Shown piece after piece: positions 52,589-62,114 of a stretch of 64,000 nt of DNA. The notes beneath the pieces were generated by a model that searched no databases, had not been told where the DNA came from, and saw only the letters and a program-made list of their open reading frames with translations. This DNA comes from Patescibacteria group bacterium (GTDB lineage Bacteria > Patescibacteriota > Patescibacteriia > UBA2591 > UBA6264), in contig JAIPGN010000002.1 of assembly GCA_021735685.1 (NCBI GenBank), forward strand, positions 3,183 through 67,182. The letters are read 5' to 3'. The position numbers and the translations under genes were made by a program. Numbering within the stretch: position 1 is the first letter of the stretch; the number at the start of each line of letters is the position of its first letter.

Positions 52589-52670
52589 AAAAATGTACGA
52601 GGTCGAACCTCGTACATAGCATGGTTAAGCTGTTTTAGAGGCAAATGTACGAGGTCGAACCTCGTACATG
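52589..52670. repeat. 82-bp element, copy 1 (two 25-bp palindromes plus a 27-bp spacer)
   Basis: Identical to 52927-53008. Confidence 0.92.
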
Positions 52671-52706
52671 CCCACCTAAATACTTACTAAATGCTCATAA
52701 ACTTAT

Positions 52707-52781
52707 GCCCCCATAGTTCAACGGATAGAACACCAGCCTTCTAAGCTGGATATAGAGGTTCGATTCCTCTTGGGGGTGCCA
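52707..52781 (+). tRNA. tRNA-Arg(UCU)
   Basis: Acceptor GCCCCCA/TGGGGGT; anticodon arm CCAGC-CTTCTAA-GCTGG; GGTTCGATTCC T-arm; CCA encoded. Confidence 0.95.
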
Positions 52782-52800
52782 TTTCCCACCAAAGTCTCAT

Positions 52801-52872
52801 GGCGGCTATAGTTTAATGGTAGAACAGCGGGTTGTGGTCCCGCTAGCGAGAGTTCGATTCTCTCTAGTCGCC
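52801..52872 (+). tRNA. tRNA-His(GUG)
   Basis: G-1 plus GCGGCTA/TAGTCGC acceptor stem, C discriminator; anticodon arm GCGGG-TTGTGGT-CCCGC. Confidence 0.95.
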
Positions 52873-52875
52873 CCT

Positions 52876-52912
52876 CAAAAACATCTCTTTTTCAAGAGGT
52901 GTTTTTGTTTTT
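52876..52912 (+). terminator. Intrinsic terminator after the tRNAs
   Basis: CAAAAACATCTCTT-TTTC-AAGAGGTGTTTTTG hairpin followed by a T-run. Confidence 0.7.
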
Positions 52913-52926
52913 CGGAAAATGCTCAA

Positions 52927-53008
52927 AAAAATGTACGAGGTCGAACCTCGTACATAGCATGGTTAAGCTGTTTTAGAGGCAAATGTACGAGGTCGAACCT
53001 CGTACATG
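52927..53008. repeat. 82-bp element, copy 2
   Basis: Identical to 52589-52670. Confidence 0.92.
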
Positions 53009-53062
53009 GCACATGGCATATGGATTGCGCTTGATCCATATTTTTCTGCAATAAAAAATTAT

Positions 53063-54484
53063 TTAAAAAACAGGAGAGCCCTCTTGATAAGATTGAATCT
53101 CTTGCGTGCTAATTTTAACCACATCTTCAAAAGAAAAACCAATTCTTTCTAAAGCTTGTGGAGAAACCACCCATCTTTTTATTTTTTGATCTAAAAAATA
53201 AACCTTATCTTGGCCAGGTGCTTGAATTAAGTAATTCCGAGGCAAGGACTGAATAATGTCACTACTAACATCAATCACATTTTTTAAGCCTCCATAGAGC
53301 TCAGCCATGGTTTGATTAAAAACTTCACGAACGGTTCCATTGTTCTCTACTATATAAATTTTGCCGTCTAACTCATTTCTAATAAAACGAGCTAAAGGCA
53401 ATTCTTGAATAGTGGACCCCATTTCTACTATTTCTTCCCAAACTCCACCTGCTGTTTCAAAAACCTGAGGACTATTAAGCCACAAACGAAAACCATCTAA
53501 ATTAAGATAAACTTTTTCTTGGTCCTTGGCTTTAACAAACCGCACATCATCTCCATTTCCTCCTTCTTCTTCATCAAAAAAACGAATCGCTGGATCAGGT
53601 TCATAAACCGAAACTGAGGTTAAACAAAATAGAGGAGGTTGACAATTGATTCCCAGAGCTTCTCCTTGCCAAGAATCCTCAAAACGATCAGAATTTTCTT
53701 CCTCTAATTTCACCCAAAGCAAAAAATCATTACCCGAACGATTAGTCAAGTAACCGTATTTATAATCCTCGGCCACTCCTTGAACTTGATCTCGAAAATT
53801 TCGTTTGTAATTCGTGCGGTGATTTAAAGTTGCTGAATCTAAAATTTTCTCCAAAGCTTCCCATTGCTCATCTTTATCTAAACTAGACTCGCTAACAATT
53901 GGATATTGAGCAAATTCTTGATGATATTTATCCAAAGCTCTCTGCACCCTTTTTAAATCATAAACCCGACTTCGATCTCTGTTTCGCGGAGCTCTTTCCG
54001 AAAAATCTTTTAATTCTAATTTAAGATTTAATTCATTTAACTCTGGCGTTAAATAAGAATTAGAGGTGGCTAGAAAAACTTTAAGACGAACCTTTTTGGC
54101 CACCAAGGGCGGCTCAAAAGGAACTCCCCAGTTAAGAGGATATTCTCTTAAATCATCCCCAAAGCTAGCGTAAAGTAGAATTCTAGTTCCTGAGGGCTGG
54201 CTATAAGCGCCAGTGACAGTCAGTGAAAAAATATGAGGATTAAATCTGATGTCTTCGGTCCATAGAACTCCTGAAGAATTGAAATTTCCGACCTCGCCAT
54301 CTAAAGTGATTTTTCCCCTTTCCCAATGAACCGTGCTGTAATCCCAATCAATAATAGAAGAATACCTAAAATCATATTCTTCTTCATCTTTTATAATTGG
54401 CGCCGGGCCCAAAGAAAAAACTGACCTTACCGGAACCAGCAAAGCCAAAAAAATTAAAAACAATTTCCAGTGCAATCTTTTCAT
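53063..54484 (-). CDS. Secreted protein with an internal pilin/GspG-like helix and C-terminal surface repeats
   Basis: Signal peptide from MKRLHWK; RDRSRVYDLKRVQRALDKY...YP segment; three KVY-type repeats. The ORF-track TTG at 54520 coincides with a -35 box. Confidence 0.7.
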   Translation of the reverse strand: MKRLHWKLFLIFLALLVPVRSVFSLGPAPIIKDEEEYDFRYSSIIDWDYSTVHWERGKITLDGEVGNFNSSGVLWTEDIRFNPHIFSLTVTGAYSQPSGTRILLYASFGDDLREYPLNWGVPFEPPLVAKKVRLKVFLATSNSYLTPELNELNLKLELKDFSERAPRNRDRSRVYDLKRVQRALDKYHQEFAQYPIVSESSLDKDEQWEALEKILDSATLNHRTNYKRNFRDQVQGVAEDYKYGYLTNRSGNDFLLWVKLEEENSDRFEDSWQGEALGINCQPPLFCLTSVSVYEPDPAIRFFDEEEGGNGDDVRFVKAKDQEKVYLNLDGFRLWLNSPQVFETAGGVWEEIVEMGSTIQELPLARFIRNELDGKIYIVENNGTVREVFNQTMAELYGGLKNVIDVSSDIIQSLPRNYLIQAPGQDKVYFLDQKIKRWVVSPQALERIGFSFEDVVKISTQEIQSYQEGSPVF

Positions 54485-54572
54485 ATCAAGTATTAAAGCA
54501 AAAAATAGCCATTTTGTCAATCCTTTAGAGCTGAACCCCTATGACAAGTTTCCCAATTTGAGTCTGTGTAAT

Positions 54573-55397
54573 TTATTTTACAGAGATTCTTTTCTTTAAA
54601 AGGATTAAAACAATTAAGATAATAATTAAAACTGAAATGCCAATAAAAAAATAAGGTTTTATGGATTGAAAATCAACAACACCCTGATCTTCTTCATTAT
54701 CACCCAAAATCAAAAAATTCATCTCTTCTTCGTTGATTAATTCCGGAGAAGAAAAGATGAAATTTAAATCCTCATCGCGACGAGGTAAAATTCTTAATTC
54801 TTCATTACTTAAACTTAAAACTCCGGTCACTTTTAAAAAATCCCCTTCTTGGTATTTTCTTTTATCGATTTCAGCGTGATCTTTAAAATAAATAACAATT
54901 TCTCTTTCCCCATCTTTTAAAAAAAGACGGGGACTCTTCTTTTCAATGACTTGTCCTTGAACTTGAATTAAACTCCCCACTAAAGAAAGCTCAACATCTT
55001 GAGTGCTTATCAATAAAGGAGAAATTAACTCATCTTTTCCTAAAACTTCAATATCAGCCTTTTCTTTGATTTTAATCCTTTTCTCTCCCTGGGCCTGAGA
55101 AACAACTCCTCTTACTTTAACTTTATCCCCTTCTTCTAATTCTGGGAAATCTTTGTAATAAGAATAAATTTGACAACCGTTAATATAAAAAAATTGGAGC
55201 CCTAAGGCTCCCGGCAAGGCCACTACTGTTCCTTGAGTTTCCACTCGAGAATCTATGACCATTTCTTTAACTTCTTGGGGCTCTATATATTGATAATCAA
55301 CCGCAAAAATTTCTCCTTGCCCAAGAAAAGGCAAAAAAAACCCTAACCAGAAAATAAAAATAATCAATATTTTGCTTTTATTGTCCATCATAAACAA
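54573..55397 (-). CDS. Membrane-anchored protein with two OB-fold-like domains
   Basis: Signal peptide; GDKVKVRG and GDFLKVTG..ILPR motifs; C-terminal TM. Confidence 0.65.
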   Translation of the reverse strand: MFMMDNKSKILIIFIFWLGFFLPFLGQGEIFAVDYQYIEPQEVKEMVIDSRVETQGTVVALPGALGLQFFYINGCQIYSYYKDFPELEEGDKVKVRGVVSQAQGEKRIKIKEKADIEVLGKDELISPLLISTQDVELSLVGSLIQVQGQVIEKKSPRLFLKDGEREIVIYFKDHAEIDKRKYQEGDFLKVTGVLSLSNEELRILPRRDEDLNFIFSSPELINEEEMNFLILGDNEEDQGVVDFQSIKPYFFIGISVLIIILIVLILLKKRISVK

Positions 55398-55434
55398 TAA
55401 ATATTAAAATTGAAATTTTATTCTCTTTGAAGAA

Positions 55435-58400
55435 TTATTCTTCTTGAATCTCAGCTGGTGGGAAACAAATCGTATTCCCCCAAGGACAACAAGAACTAAG
55501 TCCGCCGGGGCAGTCTTCCCATTCACAGCTAGAAGAAGGAGACTCTCCTGCGTCTGTAACAGCAGTCACTTGATAATAATAGTCTACATAAGGCAAAATT
55601 CTCTGATCAGTATAACAACAAACACTAGAATCATCCTGCCCTTTTCCACAATTATTATCCTCTACTCCTAAAACATGACAGACTTCAGTCAGAGAACAAT
55701 TGTCTTGGCCACAATCACCCGCTTCATAATCTACTCTAACGCTTTCCTGGCTACGAATAGCGTCATAAAAAGACAAATTATCAATCAAGCCATGGAAATA
55801 TCCCGGAGATCCTCCGTTGCTAGCGCCGATTAATAAATCATTCGTGCTTAAAGGCGCAATTGAATCAAGAATATAAGAAGAGGTTTTATCTAAAAGCCCA
55901 TCAATATAAAAAGTAACTGTTCCTTGTCCAGATTGATGATTACGGATAGCAACCAAATGGTGCCAATCCGTGTCATCAATTAAAGTATCACTTTTAATTT
56001 CTATTTTTTCAGTAACCCCATCTCCAAAAATAAGAGCTAATAAGTCATCAGAGCCAATTTCCCAACGCAAGAAACGATTAATATCATCTTCTGAGTCTTT
56101 GTTGTCAGAAAAAATAACATCTCGAGTGCCAGCAGAACTCCTCTTCACCCAAGCCTGAAGGGTAATGGTCTCGCTATCAAATTCTTCACTGTTGGGAATA
56201 ATAATATAATTACTTGTGCCGTTAAACTCTCCGGCATTATTAAATAAGCCATTTGTATTTGGCGTAGCTCCAAAAGACGTCCCGTGATGAGTTGAATCAG
56301 AACCAGAAGAATCTTTAACCTCTTCTGACGTCCCATCCCAATCTTCCTCATTCATTTTCCAATGAGCAGTTAAATTAGTATAATCCATAGCTTCTCCTAA
56401 ATGACCAATAACGGCAAAGTCTTCCGCCGTGCTTAAAGAATTATAAATATTGTAGCCACTCGCTGTTTCTGATAAATCCCAATAAACTTCTATTTCGCCA
56501 CAAGTATTATCATCAATTTCCACATTTTCTGGAGAGCAAAGGGTTGTTCTTTGCCAAACCGGACCCTCCGAATTATAAGTAGAACCAGTTTCATTATGAG
56601 CTTCAATTTTGTAACAATAACCAGTATCTGAGCTAAGTCCCACATCCTGAACATTAAACTCTTCTCCACTTAAAACATTATATTCTACGTAAGAACAAGT
56701 AGCGCAATCACTTGCCTCAACATTATCGCAACGATGATAAGTATAGCTTTCCGCCCAGTCCGATGACTCCCATTGAATTAAAAGCTGTTCACATCCTTCC
56801 GTGTTAGTTACGGACACACTATTAAAATCAGCTGGTTCTGGAGGATCACCATAATCATGATCATTATCGCCCCAGCCCACACAATAAGGATCTTGCTTCT
56901 GGTAATCACGAAGAACTTGGGTTGGTGTGCGAGCAACTTCGTAGATAGAAACATTATCAATCAAGCCTCGGAAATAAGAATCACCTCTTAAAAAACGTCC
57001 CCCAATTGATAAACTTAAGTTATTGGACAAGTCACTAATCTCTCCAAAACTATCAACCGAACCAGTGACCTCTCCATCTAAATACCTAGTAATGGTTCCT
57101 TGAGCTCGATCAAAAACCACAGCTACGTGATTCCAAGTATTGAGAGTTAAATAATTAGAATCAGGAGTATCAGCTTTACTATTTGCCTCATCTCTTAAAT
57201 ACCAAGAAATTCCCCCGTTATAATCCAATCCAATCTCATAACCAGGACCGCTATTTCTTTTGACGATAGGCAAAGATCCACTAGTCTTAAAAAAGTCCAT
57301 GGGCTTAACCCAAAACTGAATTGTAAAACTTTCCGCATCATTAAAATCCAACTTTTCGCTATCAGCAATTTCAATATAATCATTTAAACCGTCAAATTGA
57401 CCGGCATTATTAAAAAGACCATCGGAGTTAGGACTAGCCCCACTAGCTATTCCTTGATTACCCTCGCCACTGCTATCTACCACTGGAATAGAGCTGCCGG
57501 TATTAGTCGACCAACTCGGTTCATCCATCATCCAATTACCCACTAATCCCTCTGAATCCATAGTGGTATCGGCATGACGATTAGCCATATATCCTCCCAT
57601 TGTATAAAAAGGGCTATAATTATTTAAATAAATGCCCCAAATTTTTCCTTGTTTAGTTGCTCCTCGTAAGTTAAGCCAACCGGCGTTTTCCAAATTAATA
57701 ACCTTGGCCCAACCAGAAACCTCTATTTTGGCATCTGCCCAAACATCACGTGCACTTCTTCCAAAAGTCAAACCGATATTATTACAAGTCCAAAGAGAAA
57801 CATTATCAATTAAACCAGTAAAATAACTATCCATTTGACCCGAGCTTCCCTTTTTCGCTCCCAAATAAAAATCATTATTTAAATCTTCCAAAAAAGATGG
57901 AATCTCGCCTAAAATTTCTGAACTAACCGACAGACCATCAATAAAGATTTGCAAAAAAGCATCTTTATCACTAGTGGCGGTTATATATTTACCGGTTAAA
58001 TGATGCCATTTAGTGACATCAGTAATCAAAGCATTACGGCAAAAAGCACCCTTACCCTCACAGTCCTCATCCGAGGAACACTGCTCTCCTTGGTTTACTC
58101 CCCCGAAACAAAGGCCTCTCCTCTGTTTAACAGTAGCTTCTTCCCCACCATTACCTACTGAAAAATTAAGCTTATTTTCTTGATCAAACCAAAGACGATA
58201 ACTTTTTTCACCCGTAGATTCATCCCATTTGCTTAAAATTGTCTGCTCTCTGTTAATCTCTCCTCTTTTCACCCAAGCTTCAATAGTTAAATTATCACTT
58301 ATACTTAAACTTGGACTATCCAACGCATAAAGATAACTATTTTCTCCATTAAATTGCAAAGCATCGTCAAATTTTCCCTTCGCCAGGCTTGGCGAGACTC

Positions 58401-59244
58401 CTATAGAAAAATCATTTCCAAAAGAAGAATTATCAGCTAAAGCTGCAGAAATTTCCCCACCTCCAGAATTCATTTTCCAATGGGCTTTCAAAGTTTCATT
58501 GGTAACACTATAGCAAAGAGATCCCGAACGATTAATATCTAAAAAATCTTCACCGCCATCCCCCGAGCAACCAAAGATACATAGTCCATCAGGACAATCT
58601 GAGCTTTCCTTGCTACAAGATTGCCCATCATTAGCGCCACCATCACAATACCAACTAGGTTCGCCCACACAAGCCCAAGAAAAAGGCCAACCGCCAGGAG
58701 GATTAACCTGTTCTGGTTCGGGGCAACCCGAACAACCTGTACAATTAACATAATCCTCGCAACTACTGCAATCAGCACACTTACAACTACGGCCAAAACA
58801 AACCCAGCCAACCTTATCCGACCAAGCATAACCCCTTAAACTCTCTCTTTGAGTGTCATAAACTAATCCGTAAAGCGGACTTTCCATCCCACTCGGGCAA
58901 GTACTTCCGCCCGGGCAACAATTCTCAAAAGTGCCGTCCTTGGAACATACTCCTCCGCCCTCACAATCTCCGTCCTGAGTGCAAGGCTCTCCGTCATAAA
59001 TACCTCCCACGCAAACTGCAGTAAAATCATTATGACAATTCGCAGAAATCCAACCCATATTCTCTCCCCACGTCCAACCGCGTACATTAAAATCTATATC
59101 TGCTCCCACTCTCTCTAAACCAAATCTATTATTAGGGGAATTAAAAAAATATTTGGGAATAATAAATATTCCCAGAATAACAAATATTCCTAAAACTAAA
59201 AAAATTCTCAGAGATTTTTTTTCCAAAAAACTCAACTTCATCAT
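55435..59244 (-). CDS. Large surface protein: three LamG-like domains, FN3-like and Cys-rich modules
   Basis: Repeated AHWKMN..FNG..TI.AWVK..WHH..F.GLIDN units; GWTWGENMGWIS/GYAWSDKVGW motifs; CxGG..G..C...DC repeats. Confidence 0.85.
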   Translation of the reverse strand: MMKLSFLEKKSLRIFLVLGIFVILGIFIIPKYFFNSPNNRFGLERVGADIDFNVRGWTWGENMGWISANCHNDFTAVCVGGIYDGEPCTQDGDCEGGGVCSKDGTFENCCPGGSTCPSGMESPLYGLVYDTQRESLRGYAWSDKVGWVCFGRSCKCADCSSCEDYVNCTGCSGCPEPEQVNPPGGWPFSWACVGEPSWYCDGGANDGQSCSKESSDCPDGLCIFGCSGDGGEDFLDINRSGSLCYSVTNETLKAHWKMNSGGGEISAALADNSSFGNDFSIGVSPSLAKGKFDDALQFNGENSYLYALDSPSLSISDNLTIEAWVKRGEINREQTILSKWDESTGEKSYRLWFDQENKLNFSVGNGGEEATVKQRRGLCFGGVNQGEQCSSDEDCEGKGAFCRNALITDVTKWHHLTGKYITATSDKDAFLQIFIDGLSVSSEILGEIPSFLEDLNNDFYLGAKKGSSGQMDSYFTGLIDNVSLWTCNNIGLTFGRSARDVWADAKIEVSGWAKVINLENAGWLNLRGATKQGKIWGIYLNNYSPFYTMGGYMANRHADTTMDSEGLVGNWMMDEPSWSTNTGSSIPVVDSSGEGNQGIASGASPNSDGLFNNAGQFDGLNDYIEIADSEKLDFNDAESFTIQFWVKPMDFFKTSGSLPIVKRNSGPGYEIGLDYNGGISWYLRDEANSKADTPDSNYLTLNTWNHVAVVFDRAQGTITRYLDGEVTGSVDSFGEISDLSNNLSLSIGGRFLRGDSYFRGLIDNVSIYEVARTPTQVLRDYQKQDPYCVGWGDNDHDYGDPPEPADFNSVSVTNTEGCEQLLIQWESSDWAESYTYHRCDNVEASDCATCSYVEYNVLSGEEFNVQDVGLSSDTGYCYKIEAHNETGSTYNSEGPVWQRTTLCSPENVEIDDNTCGEIEVYWDLSETASGYNIYNSLSTAEDFAVIGHLGEAMDYTNLTAHWKMNEEDWDGTSEEVKDSSGSDSTHHGTSFGATPNTNGLFNNAGEFNGTSNYIIIPNSEEFDSETITLQAWVKRSSAGTRDVIFSDNKDSEDDINRFLRWEIGSDDLLALIFGDGVTEKIEIKSDTLIDDTDWHHLVAIRNHQSGQGTVTFYIDGLLDKTSSYILDSIAPLSTNDLLIGASNGGSPGYFHGLIDNLSFYDAIRSQESVRVDYEAGDCGQDNCSLTEVCHVLGVEDNNCGKGQDDSSVCCYTDQRILPYVDYYYQVTAVTDAGESPSSSCEWEDCPGGLSSCCPWGNTICFPPAEIQEE

Positions 59245-59289
59245 TAATTTTCTTTCAAAATTTTAAATACTAAAAAAATTATGCAAGAA

Positions 59290-59320
59290 AGGGTCGAATT
59301 TTTAAGCAAAACTCGACCCT
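59290..59320. terminator. Hairpin downstream of the cupredoxin gene
   Basis: AGGGTCGA...TCGACCCT inverted repeat, followed on the minus strand by TTCTT. Confidence 0.5.
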
Positions 59321-59371
59321 CAATTCTTAGGTAACCTAAAAATACTTTTTTCTAAAAGTAATTTGGCTCAA

Positions 59372-60010
59372 TTATTCAACATGCATTACTCCAGTCTCGC
59401 CTCTTCCTCGATGACCAGGAACGTCACAGTAGAAAGTGTAATCACCGGCAGCTGGAGCCTTAAAAGTGATAGCTCTGGTCTCGTTTCCGGCAACTCCAAT
59501 AGCGACCGCCTGCAAGCTCGCATCGTCAAACTTAAAGACATGAGTACGATCGGTTGAAGTCAAAGAAAGAGTGACCACATCACTAGCATTAACCGTAAAT
59601 TCACTAGGAGTGAAACCACTGGCGCTAATACTTAACTTTACTGCTGTTTCTGGAACTTCCTCTTCGGTTAAGGCACGAGATTGTCGGGGAGCGTCTGGAG
59701 AACCAGGTAAGGCAGTATTATCCGCAACCTCTCCTCCAGAAGTTAGAACTTCACCTTCTTCAGAAACTGGACTAGCATCTGGAACTACAGATTCAGAAAC
59801 TTCCTCTGCCTCGCCTTCTTCAGGGATAAATTCACCCTCTTCTTCGGGAAGCATTTCCCCTTCTTCTTCGGGAAGCATTTCCCCTTCTTCTTCGGGAAGC
59901 ATTTCCCCTTCTGGCTCAACTACTTCAGGCTTAGAACTGAGTAAAATAATACCCAAAATAACTAAAATCGCGATAATAATAATAGTCCAAACTGTATTGT
60001 TGTTTTTCAT
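59372..60010 (-). CDS. Membrane-anchored cupredoxin-domain protein
   Basis: N-terminal TM; acidic linker; H...FYCDVPGHRGRGETG.M C-terminus. Confidence 0.85.
   Translation of the reverse strand: MKNNNTVWTIIIIAILVILGIILLSSKPEVVEPEGEMLPEEEGEMLPEEEGEMLPEEEGEFIPEEGEAEEVSESVVPDASPVSEEGEVLTSGGEVADNTALPGSPDAPRQSRALTEEEVPETAVKLSISASGFTPSEFTVNASDVVTLSLTSTDRTHVFKFDDASLQAVAIGVAGNETRAITFKAPAAGDYTFYCDVPGHRGRGETGVMHVE
59838..59912. repeat. 24-bp tandem repeat (about 3 copies) encoding PEEEGEML
   Basis: TCTTCTTCGGGAAGCATTTCCCCT repeated. Confidence 0.88.
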
Positions 60011-60066
60011 AATTATTCTCGACTTAAAGATTGATTAAAAAATTATAGACCTTTAATTTATTAAAC

Positions 60067-61650
60067 TTATAAAGATAAAATGTTTTCAACCTCCACAACA
60101 ATTCCATTAATTAAGGTTTGTGTATCAGTATAAAGACTATCAAGAGATTGCTGGTAGGTTCTCAAAAGAGCTAATTTTTCGTTTTCAGACACTTCCGTCA
60201 AACCGTAAACGTTATAAATATCAATTAAAATAGCATCTATTTGCGCAACATTAGTATCTAAAGAATTCTCTGGATCTGCTTCGTAAGTATCCAACAAAGC
60301 CAAAGATGTATCTAATTCTGAAGTGTCGCCAGTGTCTAAATATCTTTTCGTGCAGTCATTATAACAAAAATCTCCGGTTGTTCCATCAACCTCATTATTA
60401 TCGTCACACTCTTCCTCCCCCTCAACAACTCCATCTCCACAAACAGCAGTCTCTGGATTCTCTTCTCGGCTGGCTGTACACACCGGACTATCCCCGCCAG
60501 CTGCCGAACAAGTCCAATCTAAACTTTGCCCTTGTTCAGGGAAATCGGTTTTAGAAGGTGTTCCAACTGAACATTGTTCATAGGGAGGATATCCCGTAGC
60601 ATCATAAGGAAAAACTCTTTCGTGAGCATCTCCGCAAGCACCAACTGGTGGATTTTCTCGACTAGCTGAACACTGGGAACTATCTCCTCCGCTAGTCTGA
60701 CAAAGCCAATTTTCTGTTCCTCCCTGAACAGGAAAATTAGTATTAGTGGAACTTCCCGTAGCGCACTGAAGATAAGGACTATAACCAGTGGCATCATAAG
60801 AGAAGGTCATGCCATTAGCATTACCACAAGTACCTGGTTCCTCAGGTGCCGCTCCTCCCACATATTCTTCTAATAATCCATTAGCTGCGCACTTGCCTCC
60901 CTGATAACAATCTTTCAGTCCTTCGGGAGCACAAAATTCAACTATACACTGTTCTTCATTACCGTCTGCCGCTGCCATGGCTAATCCTAATTCAGGATCG
61001 CCTACACATAAACCATTTTCTTCAGAAAAAAAACAAGGCTGGCCTTGAAGATTTAGCTGAGACCCACAAAGCTCAGGGTCGGTTTGATCATATTTACGGC
61101 AAGTCCAACCCGTGGTCGGCACTTCAGCAGCTAAAGCTGGAGAAATAAAACTAGATAAATTGGGCCAATCAAAGACTAATTTTCTTTTATTTTGAAAAAA
61201 AGTATACTCTGGCCCAGTAGTATAATTAGCCACAAAAGTTCTAGTATCATTTATTAGTTGATAAGAGTTTTGGATTTGAGAAGCTAAGCCGTTAGCTTGG
61301 ATATAAGATAAGGCCGAATCCCCTAAAATCATAAAAGTTAAATCTAAAGAGCTCCCGGTAGTATTCATTAAATCTAAAATTTCTTGCTCAGTACTACTAG
61401 CCTGAATTGAACTTTCTAAAGATGTAAGCTCACTACCAAAACTACTAAGCAATGAATTTATTGCCTCAAAATTAATATATTCCATATCTTCTATTCTTCC
61501 ATAAAAAGAACTAGCCAGAGAAGGAGTATATTTATTTTGTATTCTATCCACATAAAAACTTTTAGTGCTAGCTAAATCCGCATGAACTGCCGAGCTCCAA
61601 AAGAAAACTAAAAACAAGCTTAAAATTAATAAATACTTAAAATTTTTCAT
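60067..61650 (-). CDS. Secreted Cys-rich repeat protein with a DUF4215/Myxococcus Cys-rich-like motif
   Basis: Signal peptide; two ~62-aa G.CG.A...YDATGY...W.C...GGDS..C.ASRE repeats; CGDGVVEGEEECDD motif. Confidence 0.75.
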   Translation of the reverse strand: MKNFKYLLILSLFLVFFWSSAVHADLASTKSFYVDRIQNKYTPSLASSFYGRIEDMEYINFEAINSLLSSFGSELTSLESSIQASSTEQEILDLMNTTGSSLDLTFMILGDSALSYIQANGLASQIQNSYQLINDTRTFVANYTTGPEYTFFQNKRKLVFDWPNLSSFISPALAAEVPTTGWTCRKYDQTDPELCGSQLNLQGQPCFFSEENGLCVGDPELGLAMAAADGNEEQCIVEFCAPEGLKDCYQGGKCAANGLLEEYVGGAAPEEPGTCGNANGMTFSYDATGYSPYLQCATGSSTNTNFPVQGGTENWLCQTSGGDSSQCSASRENPPVGACGDAHERVFPYDATGYPPYEQCSVGTPSKTDFPEQGQSLDWTCSAAGGDSPVCTASREENPETAVCGDGVVEGEEECDDNNEVDGTTGDFCYNDCTKRYLDTGDTSELDTSLALLDTYEADPENSLDTNVAQIDAILIDIYNVYGLTEVSENEKLALLRTYQQSLDSLYTDTQTLINGIVVEVENILSL

Positions 61651-61677
61651 AAAAAAATATTAAAAAATATAAATTAT

Positions 61678-61769
61678 ACAAAGATACAATAACCAAGATA
61701 CAAGATACAAGACACAAACAAATCGCAAATTCCCCGCCTGCCAGCGAGCAGGCAATACTCAATGTCCAA
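61678..61769. repeat. Heptamer-repeat arm (CAAGATA/CAAGACA/CAATAAC) downstream of the four-helix-bundle gene
   Basis: Reverse complement of the tract at 62115-62176; interrupted by a GC hairpin at 61736-61753. Confidence 0.8.
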
Positions 61770-61772
61770 GCT

Positions 61773-62114
61773 CTATTTCGTTTTATCAATAATAGAAGAA
61801 AGAATATTTTTTAATTCTGTGGCTTCTTGATAAAGAGCTTTAACTTCTTTTTTAAAACTTGGGTTAGCTACCTCAATAAGCTCAAGCCAATGTAATGTTT
61901 CTTTAGCTTCTTTCCTTGATATTTTTAAACGATGAGCAAAATCTTTCTTTCCTAACGCATCATTTGCCTCTCTATAATTAGCTCCTACTGAACCCGCTGA
62001 CCCAACTATTTGTCCAATTAACCTACTGTTCATTGAATTATGTGTCAATTTTCTGCACAAACGAATCACATTTTTAGCAAATTCTGTAGTTCTTTCCTCT
62101 AAGTCAAACCTCAT
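61773..62114 (-). CDS. Four helix bundle protein (23S rRNA-IVP / TIGR02436-like)
   Basis: DLEERT..FA, QIVGSAGSVGANYREA, DF.H.L.IS.KEA.ET.HWL motifs. Confidence 0.9.
   Translation of the reverse strand: MRFDLEERTTEFAKNVIRLCRKLTHNSMNSRLIGQIVGSAGSVGANYREANDALGKKDFAHRLKISRKEAKETLHWLELIEVANPSFKKEVKALYQEATELKNILSSIIDKTK

Noticed and set aside
52589-53008. Mini CRISPR array (palindromic 25-bp repeats, 27-bp spacer containing GTTTTAGAG)
   Set aside because: Both spacers are identical, tRNA genes interrupt the series, no cas genes are present, and the same palindrome occurs alone at 14279. The GTTTTAGAG match to Cas9 repeats is short and probably chance.
52816-53034. 72-aa ORF
   Set aside because: It overlaps tRNA-His, its terminator and the repeat element.
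61773-62114. Diversity-generating retroelement (Avd)
   Set aside because: No reverse transcriptase and no template/variable repeat pair with adenine-specific mismatches were seen in this window; they could lie outside it.
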